Shown piece by piece: positions 24,854 to 37,254 of a stretch of DNA of 64,000 nt. Position 1 is the first letter of the stretch; each line of letters begins with the position of its first letter. The position numbers and the translations under genes were made by a program. The notes under the pieces were generated by a model, which worked only from the letters and a program-made list of their open reading frames with translations, was not told the origin of the DNA and did not search any database. This DNA is from Klebsormidium nitens (Eukaryota; Plantae; Klebsormidiophyceae): the NCBI GenBank assembly GCA_000708835.1, contig DF236998.1, positions 107,880 through 171,879 on the forward strand, in the 5' to 3' direction.

Positions 24854-27800
24854 AAGATCACTCTAGTTGTACCGGAGGAGGGAGGAAGGGTTTCAAGATG
24901 TATAGGAAGCGCACAGCACCAGATGCCTCTCCAGAAGCAGGTACTGCATTCTGCTGCTCCCAACACTCCAACGTTTATTTGGCAACCAGCGTTGCGAGGG
25001 CATTGATTCTCATATACTTAATCCTCGTAGACTTGATAACCATTAATGAGCATACATGCCTGCACGCTCCTCCAAACCTTGCATTGCCAGTCAATGCTCA
25101 ACAAGGTTCTGTGCGACACCTTACTAAGATGGAATCCAGCAAACGACTTGGCACTTGACGCAAAGATGTGTTTGCTTAGGCCAGATGTGGTCTTTGATTT
25201 GCCACGACGTTGTGCGCGCTCTTGATGCCTGCATGTTTGGTTCTGCTAATGTGGAGGCACGCTTTCTTTGCAGTGAAACAGATGACCGAAGCACGCAGGG
25301 AGAGATCTCCCGAGAAGAGAGCGATCCCTCCACTGAGGGCGTCCATGAGGATGCACTCAAAGAGTGAGAATGCCAGGCGACTATCTTTTCTTTCCAAAGC
25401 ACTTTCCTTTAGTAAGTGCTGATCCTAAGAAGCAAGCAACTACACATCACCAATCGCTTTGCATCGCAGACGATGCTTTCCATTCTCATTTCATGCAGAT
25501 GATGCTTGACCTTCGATGCGCTGAGAAGTGTCATGAGAAGCTCTTTTCATGCTAAGGGTGTTTACTGCAGGTCGAGGTGCGATGATGGTTGAGGCTGCCA
25601 AGAAAAACAAAGATGCTCAGAAGAGTCCGGTCCGGTCCACAAAAAGCTCATGTGAGTGATGTGCGCCATTTTGTTCCTGAGAAGGCAGCTTTTCTCAGCA
25701 AAACTTTCCCATAGTCGAAACATCCTTTCTTATGTGGCGCATAGTGTCGAATGAGCCCTCAAGAAATGAGGCCCAGTCAGAATAAATGGCTCGGCCAAGA
25801 GAAACATGGAGTACTTGACAAGTACTGGGGAACACTTTGTCCAGAGCATGACAGATTCTGCACTTTGATGCAGTTTTCAGCAGTTGCGGTTCTCAGCAGC
25901 AGCTAAGATGCGTCAGGTCGTCTTGATCTCTCTGTGTGAGTCAAGGGCCAGCGCTTTGAAATAGTCATTTGCAATGTGCAGTGCCTCTAGTCCCCTCCAC
26001 GCCGCAGAAACGGAAGGACCCCCGGCCGTCGCAATTGATTCAATACGGAAAGGAAAAGCCGGACAACAACTTGGACGCCCTGTTCAAGCGGAGGAAGGAG
26101 CAGCAGCAGAGCATCTCAGGTTTCCGAGGGTGAGGCGTTCGCACGTTGTCTTGTTCAATGTGCAACAGAGTGCCTTTCTTGGCAAGACCAAACGAAATTC
26201 CCACTTGGACCATGCAATGTGAAGTGGTTTGTAGGGGAAACTGTCTGATGCTCTCGCAATATGTGGTGTTCCCGAGCACTGACTATATGTGCACGTCCCA
26301 GCTTCTATTGCCGCTCAAAAAGTCAATGAGAGTCTCGGCGCGCAGAAGATTGTAGTTCAGACACTAAAATCCTGTTGTACGTCTTTCTGCAGGATGGAGA
26401 ACCTCGGCAACACCTGCTACATGAACGCAGTCCTGCAGGTCCTCACGAGCCTCGACACCTTTGCATCAGACATGCAGAACAAGCAGCTGCTGGATGCGAG
26501 CATGCCAGAGGACGGAGTCTACAAGGCTTTGTTGCAGGTCACCAAGGAGAAGAAGCTGACAGGCATGAGCCGGGGCATCAATCCTGTGGCGCTGAAGAGA
26601 TCAGTCGCCAAGAACTCGTCGAGGTTTGAGGGGGCGAGACAGCAGGTGCGCTTTTGGACCACCGACGCACTACTCTTCTCCCAAAACCTTTAAACAGGAG
26701 TCGCGACAACCTTCTGTAAGGTTTGAGAATCTGCAAGGCAGTTGGGACCCGTGCTATCTTTCCTCCGAAGGGCTCTCTGATTTTGAACTTCAGAGAGGGA
26801 AAGCACTGAAGTGCCATTGGCCTGAACTGGTGTCAATTCCCAATTAGTTTATTGCAGTAAAGAATAAGCCCTGTGAACGGTAAAGAGACGGTACTGGGAC
26901 GGTGGGGCTAACCAGGGCGTCAGAGTGGGAGTTGGCGCAGAGCACGTGGATCTCCTGGGTTTTGGGTGGATGGAAGTGCTTATTGCAAAGGTATCTGCTC
27001 TACATTTTCAAGTAATAATAAGGGCTTATCATTCACTGCGTTTGTTGTTCACTCAAATTCCAGAGTGTTTCTTTTCCTTCCCAGGATGCGCATGAGTTCC
27101 TGTGCAACCTGCTGGACCAAGTCCAAGAAGAGGTGTTCCACCACTACGAGAAGAAGCTGCTCCCACAGGATTCGTCCAAGTTGCAGCTTCAGGACACTCG
27201 GTGCCCAACCTCTCTCAACTTCAGGTAAGCGAAATCCCCGTCTTTTGGCTCTACAATCATCTTCCAGCTCGAGATAGTAGTGTTTGTTACCTAGAGCTGC
27301 TGTCAGGTTTGATGTACTATCTTTGGGTACTATCTCTGTTGTCAAGGATGTGACTTCAAGGCAGAACTCCTCGATCTGGTTGTAAGGTTCAATCATGTCC
27401 TGCTGGGAAGCAATGGTCCATCGTAATTGTAACAGTCGGGTGATCAGACAATTAATGGAAATGTTCCCACGTTTCAGTTGCATCGTGGAGCATGAGCTCG
27501 TGTGCGACAGCTGCGGCGAGTCGTCAGAAGTGCGGGAGCTGTTTCGCCACCTGTCGCTCGACATCCCAGAGCGGAAGCCAGGGGAGGCGAACGGGCCCCC
27601 AAACCTACAAGAGCTGCTCGAGCTCTACTTCAAGGTCAGTCTCATTTCAAGCCAATTACATCAGGCAGTCTGGTCGACTTGAGAGCTCACAGTAGAAGAA
27701 TGCTCGACACTGCTGATCAGGTTGTCAGGGCTGACTGCCGGTGATATGTAGATGTTCCTGCTTCCAGCCTGGTCGAGGGAACCAGACTGAAACAGTCCAC

Positions 27801-30800
27801 TGCGGACTAAACAATCCACTCTATGAACCCGGACGGAAGCTGGTTCCTGAGCCTTTTCTTATCCGCCTTCTAATGGGTGGCCGTCACTTGAAGTATAAAC
27901 GAGACGACTGCCAGCCAGAATCAGATTCAGCCAGCAATCATCTTGTCCAAATGTCAAATTGTTGCTCCCTTTACGAGCTGCCTGCAAATTTTCGCCTGCG
28001 ATGCGTTCCCTTACACTGAGTTGCTTCCTCATTTACTTCCCTGCAGGACGAGCCTTTGGAGAAGACCTGCGAGAAGTGCGGCTGCCTGACGTGTACAGTC
28101 AAGCATCGCGTCCGGAGGCTGCCACGTGTCCTAGTGCTGCACATGAAGCGGTTCTGCGTCAAGATCGACGGGCCCGTGCAGCGCTACGTCAAGCGGCAGG
28201 ATCCCGTCCGCATCGAGCCCCTACTGAACCTGAGTGAGTGGGCGGGAGTTCGAAGCAAGGCTTTAAGGAGCTCCTCAAGAAAAGGGCGAATCTCTTTCAA
28301 AGGACGGCGCCTTCCCTGTCCTGAATCAAAGACACTAGGAAGCCTCACTCCTGGTCATGATTTGCTACTGTCAAAGTAATAGAAGCAGTTCTGTCTTGAA
28401 GCAGCTTCCGAACTGTCTCAAGCGCTCCTTCTTCCTGGACTGTTCCAGAGAGTTTCGAACCGCTCTTTCGAACACCGCTTGGTCAGAACTTCTTTGTTGC
28501 ATGCGTGCACTTCCTGCGACATTTTCTTCCAGTTGTCGCTCTCACTGGCATTCAAGGATCTCGCAAGTCAGCCACAAACAGAGGAGAAAGCACTGATCAA
28601 CCACGGACTCCCTACGATCAAGCTGCCTCCCATCCGCAGGGCCTGTCTGTTGCCCCCTCACCAAAGGCCCCATCCCGTTCGGCGACCAAGCGCGCCCTAG
28701 CCCCTCCCAAAACAAGGCCCCCAAGACGCCGCAGAGCCCCCGCCGGACCCTCGCCGACGTCAGCAACACGTGGCAGGCCGCCGCGGGGGAGTCGCCAGCC
28801 AAGTCTGCACGGCGCGCAAGCATCTCTGCCTCGAGCGGCGCCTTTTTGGGGCCCGAAGCTGTGGGGCGCATCCGGGGGGGATTTTCCGTGGCGTCGGACG
28901 GCAGTTCCGGCAGCGGAATCCGGGAAGGAAGTGATGTGGACTCTGGAGAGACCAGCGGCGAACGGAACGAGGGCAGTGACGTGCGTATGGACGAAGCGAA
29001 TGCGGAGGGGGATGCGTGCCCGGAGGAAGACACCGCGAGCAGCATGGAGGGGGTGGAACAAGAACCGCGGCGGTGTTTCTCTCACGCTGAGCTGGCAAGC
29101 ATCGAGCCGCAGAGGCTGCGGGGCGGCGGCGCGGAGCCGGACTCGGACCCGTACGCGCTGGAACCGACGGCGTCCGAACTCTTGGAGCAGTCGATGTCCG
29201 AAGCGCTGGAGCGGACGATGAGAGACCGGGCCGCCGAGATGGAGGCGGTGAACAGCGGCCGGATCGCAGAGCGGAAGAGGGCGTCCGCGGAAGCGGGGCT
29301 GTCCGCACGGAAACCGGACAGCATCTACACGCGCGCCAGTCCGTACGAGACGTCCGACAACCCGTACGAGGCGTACAAGAACCTGCCCCCCGGGGCGCGG
29401 TTTGGCACGGCGACGGCCTTGAAGGTCGCCGAGCGGAGTCAGACGCCGGGGACTCAGACGCCGAGGCTTTCGGCGACCGCGGGGAAGCGCGGGGAACCGG
29501 TGATCCGGAAGCCGGGGAAGAGCATCAGCACGGTGAAGAATCTGTTCAAGTCGGCGGGCGAGAAGCGGGAGGAAGAGGCGGCGATGCTGTTCTCCCCGGG
29601 CAGCAAGAGGCCGAAGACCCGGGCGGAACGAGCGGAGTCGCGGATCGCGTCGGTGGTCGACTTGGAACCGGACGAGGACGCTGAGCTGGCGCGCGTGCTC
29701 GCGGAGAGCGAGAAGGAGTTTGCGGCGCAGCGGGGCGGCGACGCGGGCCAGGCGGGGGCCGACGTCAGCAGGGAGCAGGAGCAGCTTGACCGCGCGATTG
29801 CGCTGAGCCTGCAAGAAGCTGCAGGTGAAGTTGCTAGATCTCTGTTTTGCCGCTCTCTCTCATTGCTTTGCACGCAATTAGGAGGTGAAAACTGCCAGTA
29901 TGTCAAGTCTGAGAGACTTTGCGGGGTTCTTCGATTCCGAGACGTCATTCGACTCTGCATTCAGGAGAAAGGTTCTGAAGTGCTGCACTAGGTTGGATGC
30001 ATCCGCCTTGAAACGGCGATCGTCCTTGCGAGCGGGTTCTGCCTGTCGGTAGTCATGGAATGCACGAGCAAGGGTAATCGTCAGGATCCCTCTTTTGTTT
30101 CTTGTCTCTGGTTCTTTCTTTTCTTTGCCCGGCCGCAGCCAAAATTTTCAGAACCCTGATGTTGCTGACACAGCGTCCACAACCTGGCAACTCCGCGATA
30201 ATACTCAAGAACCCCACTGCATCGGGCTCATTTATTCCAACATCCGCAACGAGCAACTGGAACCAAAAACCGCCACAAAAACCTCGAAAAAGCCCGCTTC
30301 TCAACTCAGTGTTCCCTTTTGCGCAGCCGCCATCGAGCGCGAGGACGTCCCCACGCCCGCCCCCGGCCTCGACCGCGCCGCGCCCTCGTCCCCCACCGTC
30401 GAGATTGCTGACGACGCCATGTCGGGGCCGGAACCCCCCGAGCCGTTTAGCACTGCGTACCGTTTGCATGGCATCATCAGCCATCTGGGCACTTTAGCCT
30501 CGAGCGGGCACTTCATTGCAGACGTGTACGATACGGCGAGCGAGCAGTGGGTCCGACACGATGACTCGGTGGTCACAGTGGTGGGTTGTTTCAAATGTTG
30601 GGATTCTAGCACGAGTTCGCCCACTCCAAAAATCTATGGGGATTTTGTAACATTCATATTTGGGACTGAGTCAATGTGATGCGCTTTTGATTCTCATGCG
30701 ATATCAGGGCCGAACTTTGGGGAAAGTCGGCAGTCAAGGAGTCCTCGGATCTGGATCTTGAGTGAGATTGTGAGGCCCGGAGCAGTGCTTTGTTGCGGTC

Positions 30801-31250
30801 TTCCCACCGAGTACTTTGCCTGTGAGTCCATTCCTCTAAGGTTGCGGATTACACTCGTGGGATTCTACAAACGAAAGCATCAGCGTGAACGAAGTTAAAT
30901 CTATGCATCTTCTATTAATGAACGGCCTAGGTCAAGGCGCAGCTTAAGATTGCAATGCAGCCAAGCACAAACCCGTCCAGATAATTCGAAGTCATTGGAA
31001 AGCGCAATACACGGCCCACGAGGGCTACTCCCGGAATTTGATCAATGAAAGGCGGAGTTCGCAGACGACAAGGACTAAAGCTTGTCGTCCTTGCTGACTG
31101 CAGGTCTCTCGGTCGACCGTTTTGAACGAGAAACGGGAAGTTGATGGATACATGTTCTTCTATGTTCATGAACCCCTAGTCAAGCAGCAGAAACTGGGTT
31201 ATCAACAAGCAAGAGATAGTAGCAAACTGAAGCTCGAGGGCAGGTTTTAG
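24854..31250 (+). CDS. Ubiquitin-specific protease (C19) with UIMs inserted in the catalytic domain, USP37/26/29-like. Exons include ~24854-24940, ~25271-25361, ~25571-25651, ~25981-26130, 26393-26645, 27085-27224, ~27478-27633, ~28048-28233, 28640-29824, ~30327-30580, 31104-31250; true start further upstream, not resolved
   Basis: Cys box GMENLGNTCYMNAVLQ, QQDAHEFL, zinc ribbon CDSC...CEKC, LPRVLVLHMKRF, His box YRLHGIISHLGTLASSGHFIADV...WVRHDDSVV, terminal GYMFFY. Two UIMs: EDAELARVLAESEKE and EQEQLDRAIALSLQE. Confidence 0.9.
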
Positions 31251-32659
31251 CAGATCTTTTTTTTCATATGAGGCAGGCGCTTCAATACTCGTACCATTGG
31301 AAAGTCAAAGGCGTCGATCTTGTCAAAAATTCTTCTGAAAGGGCCTTGAATCGAACCCATTGGGGACGACTTGCGGTATCCCAACATGTCCAGGTGGACC
31401 TTGGATCCGGATTCTTCTATCAAAACATGATTCTTGTGCACACGTTGAATCATAAGCTATCCGGTGCAATTCAGTAGGATTTTCAAAACACATTGACCAT
31501 GTTTACCACTGACCGAATCATGGTTTGTCGAAGTTGACTGCATATCTCAGTTGGGGTGTGATCCAGCTTTCGCTTCGCTACACACAGTCAAAGAATAGTA
31601 AACGTGGAGATCCACAAGTTCGTCCTGACCATATTGCATCGCTGGTGGATCTCACTCACCTGCCGAGAATATTCGAACTTTAGTGTCGGTACAAGTCGAA
31701 ACATTATTCAAGCATGTCTTTGCGATGAATCGCGTCTTACATGCGCTGACGTACAAGCTAAAATGAAATCTGGCCGATAAAAAATATTCGAACACAGTTT
31801 TCGCCCATCATCCGCTTGTAAGATTACGTCAGTGCAGCATGGCCTGTGACAGATCGCGTCGCGGCTTGCCGCGCGAGCTCCAACTTCACTAGCAATAGGC
31901 TGTTGAGCCATATTAAAGGTATACCTAGGTCAGAGCCTCAGACCTCTTGCGCGAGGACACGTGAACCACGTGGGCATAGGGCGAACGCCAGGGAACGTGA
32001 CAGCCCGGCACGCCATGGAGATTTACCGGGCCCGAACTTGCCGAAGTTTCAAGTGAACGGACTGACTTGCTGCTCGGGATTGAGCGCGAGCTCCCCCGGT
32101 ACACTGACCGTTCGGCCCGGGGCTGCGACTTCCCGGCAAAACTTTCAAGTTTCACAGACCGCGCATGAATTCGAGCTCGATCAGCTGATTGTTGTCCATT
32201 TCAACTGGCACCAGAAGTTCAGAATGTTCACTCTGCTCGAGCAGAACTTAGAAGCTCCTTTGCCGCAAACCTTGCCTTTCCCCTGCCTTTCCTCAGATCT
32301 TGAAATTCCAAACGAGCTTGTTTCAGAGCGACTGCTGAACTGCAAAGGGCCACATTCTGTGGCGAAGCACTCATTGATTTCGATCCCGTCGCAGGTGCAA
32401 AATAAGAAAGAGGACCAATAGGTTTCCAACACAGTCTTGTGGTTGTTCACCAGCTGCTGCAATCAGGGGGCAGGTACAGCACTCGCTACTGTCCCCATGA
32501 ACTCGATGCACTGGGGGTTGTACAAGGGTGCTTTGGTCTGGGTACAAGTGTTTGCTCCTTCCGCCCTGCATTGCCTTCTGTGAGCTTACAGATGTGCCAA
32601 CCATTGAGACTTCTTTTTTGGTAGCAAAATATGTTCTTAGAAGCACGTAGAAAAGCAGC

Positions 32660-35600
32660 ATGGTCAACGGATTGGAAAATATAGGTATAAGGGATGGCAG
32701 GGTTGTAGGCTTGCTTGGCGCTCTCTTTTGCTTAGCAAAACTATATTTCTTTCGCGAGCAGCGCACGTTCCCCCTACCTACTCTGTTCTAGAAAAAGGGA
32801 TTGCTCCTAAAGACTCTGTAACATACGTGTCGGATTCTCCTGCAACAATAACAACGTAATTTTGCTTTGCTTCAGTTGTCTGAGGATTAAAATCCAACAG
32901 GATAGCTCAGGACTCTAGAATGCCCTATCTGCACCAAAAGGATGAACAGTTTACATCCATGCTTATCTGCCCTGCCTAGACCCGCCCTTTCCACGCACTA
33001 GCATTAGAGAAACCGTATGTTCAGCCTGTGGCCAAGGTTTGAGATTTTGTTCCTTGTTTCCCTTTCTTGCCTGCTCCCCCCCCCCCCTCTTTTTTCTCCC
33101 TTTTCAAAGTATTTGCCTGTTCTTCTGCAGTAAAGTCCAAGAAGGTGGTGCTGACTGCTGGGACAACAAGTATGGAAACCAGTCGAGCAGAGGAGTTGCA
33201 AGTTTCCCTCACAAATGCCGTGAGGGTAGCAGCTGCCGACAGCATGCAGCAGGTAAACCCTTGTGACGGAGGGATGGCATCTTAAAGTTTTGGAAAAGAA
33301 ACAGCGAGCATAAGTGTGTGCATGAAAAGATACTTATCGTGGAGAAATGTTTGTAGGACTGTGGCCACTGCTCATGGGGTCTCTTGATTGGGGTATCAGG
33401 CGATTAGTACATCAGGAGCTATGGGAAGCTAGGAACCGGTGTATAGTGATCCGAGGTCGGCAATCAGGATCGTGCATTAGTGCTTGGATAACGGTCGCGC
33501 AGTAGTGCCTTGAGAATAGAAGAAAGATCTATCCAGTAGCATGGGTCAGGTAAACTATCTGTTGTCTGTTAAGTGCCATTCTACCTGACATGGAAAGATA
33601 TTCAGGTGGAAATAACATGGTAAGTTTTTCCAGAGGCCTAAGAGAGGAAAGAAGAGAAAGACGAGGACGTAGATCTCTTACAAATGTGAGCCGCCTTTCC
33701 TCCTTGAATCTTGCCTGAGCTCTCAATCCACTTACAATCTTCATGTAGGGCTTGACGGTATTCCTTTCATACTCGGGGGAGCACCGCAAAACACTCTGCA
33801 GAGCTCTTAAGGAAGTCCTGAAAGACAGCATCGCTGACGTGGAGGTGAGCGCCAAGCCCTAAATCTGAGCGCGTGTTCTGTTCGCAGCACTCGTTGGCTT
33901 CTAGCTCAAAGAACAGTAATGTAGTTTGCATCTGGTTATCATGTGGGCCTTTGATGCCGGGTGTGCTTTTTGGCATCTAGACATGGAATTATCATGGCAA
34001 TTGCGGCTGTTCGTATTTGGGGGAGTCAGTACTTGATTCTCCAGAAGTGGGCACGCTGCGAAATAGATGACGGGTACCTGCGCACGCATTGAAGAAGAAA
34101 ATGGCCCGTCGATTTCAAAGCCCAATTCACGTGTTTGCTTGGCTTTGTAGTTCCATTTAGTCCACACTGGATTCATGCAATCAGCTTAGGAAAGAAGGAG
34201 CAAAGGCTTCCAAGCGCGCACTTCCTCAGAAAGTGAAGGCAGCTTTGTTGCGTTGGACTCGGTCTCTCGGAACTGAAGGCACCGTGATAATCTTTGGTCG
34301 ATATATATTTCTATTTTCCTTGTCTCCCAAGTAACGAGCAGATGAATTCCACCTGTTTCAAGTCCCACAATCGACAGGAGATAGATAGGTTGCAATGTTT
34401 GGAAGATTGGAAAACGCCATCAATCATTTAGTCTTGGTGTGCCAATGCTGAGAAGCGTTTCCAATACCGTGCTGGAGCAGATGATTATATTTTTCTCACC
34501 AGATGCTCGGGAGTGCCGTCATCGCTCCGGTTTTGGCAGATGACGTGATGTTAGGTGATTCTATCCCATCGTATTCACTCTCTGACGCCATGACTGACAT
34601 CGGCGCCCTATTTCTTCTTGCAGATTGAGTTCAATGCGTTCATTGAGGAATCTCCGGTAAGCAGATCATGAAGATTGACCTTTGTGTTACTTCTCCTTTC
34701 TATTGAATTGGATTGCGAGCAACCTTTAATACATGGCTCGTCCAGCATTTGCGTACTACGACAAAGACAGGGCTAATCTTCACTCTTCTGTCTTGTCCAG
34801 CAACGGCAGGAAGCAAGTGGCCCCACTTTTAGGGTCGGAATACCCATGGTTATGTCACAAGTTTCCAGTCGTAGAAGGACGAATCAAGCTTTTGAGACCT
34901 TTGGAAATGCCATCATTGTAGAGTAGTCTTCCAAGTTGGTAGCAGAGCCGCTTCTTACAGAGCAGTTGATGAGTATCACACACTAGCTAGTCACGGTTCC
35001 CGCCCGTGTCATGAGCAAGAAGGAATCTTCGAGCCCACAATCTCAGGCCAAAATCCCCTGAAATATAGCATACGATTCGTATCGATGCAGATGTTGGGTA
35101 AACTGAGAGAAGTGGACAAAATGTGCCGAAATGTAAGCTCCAGGGGGGTCGTTGCCCAGCCGTTGACGCCCCCCCCCGAGGCCCTCGTATCGTGGGAGAC
35201 AATAGCGACAAAGGCACGCGAAAAGGAGCATCTCAAGAGCATCTTGGCAGAAGTGAGAGTCCAAGAATCTAGGAAAAATCAGGACTTGACGATCAATAAG
35301 TGGAGCCTTCTCACTTTTTGCGTCCTTGATACAGCTGACAATGGAAGCGGTCCGAGTGATGTCAGGCCTACGTACACTGCAGACAGGCGACCTCAAGAAC
35401 TCGTTCGCTGCAACGATCACATGTGTGCGCTTTGACGCTCCATCTTCAAAAGTCCTATGTGTCCAGATATTTAGGAAGCTCTGAGTAGTTCCTTTGTGCG
35501 GCAGTTACGGCGACGAGAATATCGGGAAAAGTCGTGGTCCCTTGGAGATTGTAAAACCAGACGAAGGAGCTTCTTGCGACCCATAGAAACCTATTGGTTG

Positions 35601-36142
35601 AACCTATTAGCACCGCGTGTCTTTCACCCGTTACGGGTAGGAACCATGACGACCAGGAGGAGGAAATGAACAAGAGACATTACGGACAGAATGGAACGGA
35701 AACGGAGCGGAAATAATAGGAAGGGTTCTTGTTGCAGGCACTAAAGGAGAATCGAGCGCTGTCCGCCCAGTTGGAGCAGAAGAAAGCGGAGGCCGCCGAG
35801 CTGGCCGACGGAATTGCTACCATTGGTGGGAAATACAAGGAGGTAACTACGCCCGCTTGTTGCTCGACTTCGCTCAGAGTGTCAGGCTTTGGGGGTCTTC
35901 AGCCGACTGATGAAACGGATCTCATCTGGCGACAGTCAATGTCTATCTATACGCCGAGGTCACGTTTCTTTCTTTCGACAAAGAGAAAGTGCATGCCCAG
36001 AGAAAGATTCTGGTCCAGGCAGACTGACGTGGACTTCAACAACCTAAGCCTTTGCCAGACGCTCTTGTTGAAAGCTGCGGCTTTGGTGCAGGTGCAAGAG
36101 AGGGATGCCAGGTGGCAGTCGAGAAAAGTGCTTACCACTTAG
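32660..36142 (+). CDS. Probable NNF1/PMF1 kinetochore (Mis12 complex) subunit. Exons 32660-32684 (tentative), 33131-33252, 33749-33844, 34624-34656, 35091-35252, 35738-35842, 36092-36142
   Basis: Exons chain in frame: ...ETSRAEELQVSLTNAVRVAA...HRKTLCRALKEVLKDSIADVE|IEFNAFIEESP|MLGKLREVDKMC...PPEALV...KAREKEHLKSILAE|ALKENRALSAQLEQKK. Size (~195 aa), the E-E-F-x-x-x-x-E-E-like motif and the C-terminal coiled coil fit the Nnf1 family. The gene model is firm; the family call is from recalled similarity. Confidence 0.6.
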
Positions 36143-37254
36143 CCAAGCCTTAGCTTTCATAATCGATGAGAGTCACACCTTCTGGACAGTCCGCCAAGAT
36201 TGCTGTAATTAATACATTTACTGAACATTTCGACCTAGACATTTGCACCATACGACTGCACCGAGCAGAATGATTGTACATTAGAAGGTGCAGACCGTCG
36301 GATGCATGTACTTTTGAACATCATCCGGTGCTTCACAAACGGTGCATGGCGGTTTACGCTGCGTACCTTTGCTGATTCAACAATACATTGTGCTAGTCTA
36401 CATTTCAAGCTATCCATGCTCTGCTGTGGCGACATACGCTCCAGCTCGAGCATGCTAACTTATCAAGAGACACGGCCTTGAATCGCCGAAAAAGACTGAG
36501 ACAGCAGATCGACATAGCTAGAATTATCTCGACTGCTTACAGCGCGTATACGCCGATCCTGACGCCGGTGACAGGTACGTGCGCGGGTATTCCGGCAAAC
36601 GCGGTTGCCCGCGGCACAATCTAGGATGCATGCAGAAAGATGTCGTTTCAATGCTCTGTGCCAGGGCTGCTCATGTACATTATAAGTTAGTTAGCTGCTG
36701 TAATCTAGTCGAGGCAGCTGTGTTTGAAAACCGCAGAGTTGGCAAGCGTGCCAGAGTCTACGCAACTGCAATTATCTGGCGCACATGCAAGGCATGCGTT
36801 GCATTACCCTCTGAGCCCAATCCCACGCCGATGTCGACTCTCCCGAGCGTCGCCTGCCTAAGTAGGCCCCTACGCAAGTCAACCCAACTTACTAGCTACT
36901 GCTTCTATGTACACATACGCTTTTCAGATTGCTTGTAAAAGAACTCCACAGCTACTTGGAATTACAGACCCTATATATACAACGCTCCCCCTTGCGGACG
37001 AATTGCTGCTTTCCTGTGCTAAGACACAGCCTTGCCTACCAAGGCATGGTACCCTACAATAGTTACTGCACATTTGGGAAGACCGCTCATCTTGCGGTAC
37101 TTCTCGATCTAACGAACAGTATAAGCACGGGATTCCCCCATACCCCGGATTAAAGGCTCAGGCTCTCCACACGCGTAACAACCCTAACACCCTTGAAAAC
37201 CCCACCCGTCCCCGTTACCTTTCACTGAAAAAGTGTTCGTTGAATCGATCGGGA

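Noticed and set aside
28618-29814. Long minus-strand ORF (398 aa), plus similar ORFs 54141-55094 (+), 6344-7036 (-) and 29454-29960 (-)
   Set aside because: Antisense shadows of GC-rich coding exons, with no recognisable domains.
30100-30140. Strong pyrimidine tract plus CAG that could be an alternative USP acceptor
   Set aside because: Using it after the phase-1 donor at 29824 shifts the frame and stops at 30497, before the His box is completed in frame.
31250-32010. Possible small minus-strand spliced gene (donor-like cag|gtgagt near 31660, open stretch LYVSACKTRF...)
   Set aside because: I could not link exons in phase to a start codon or recognise a product.
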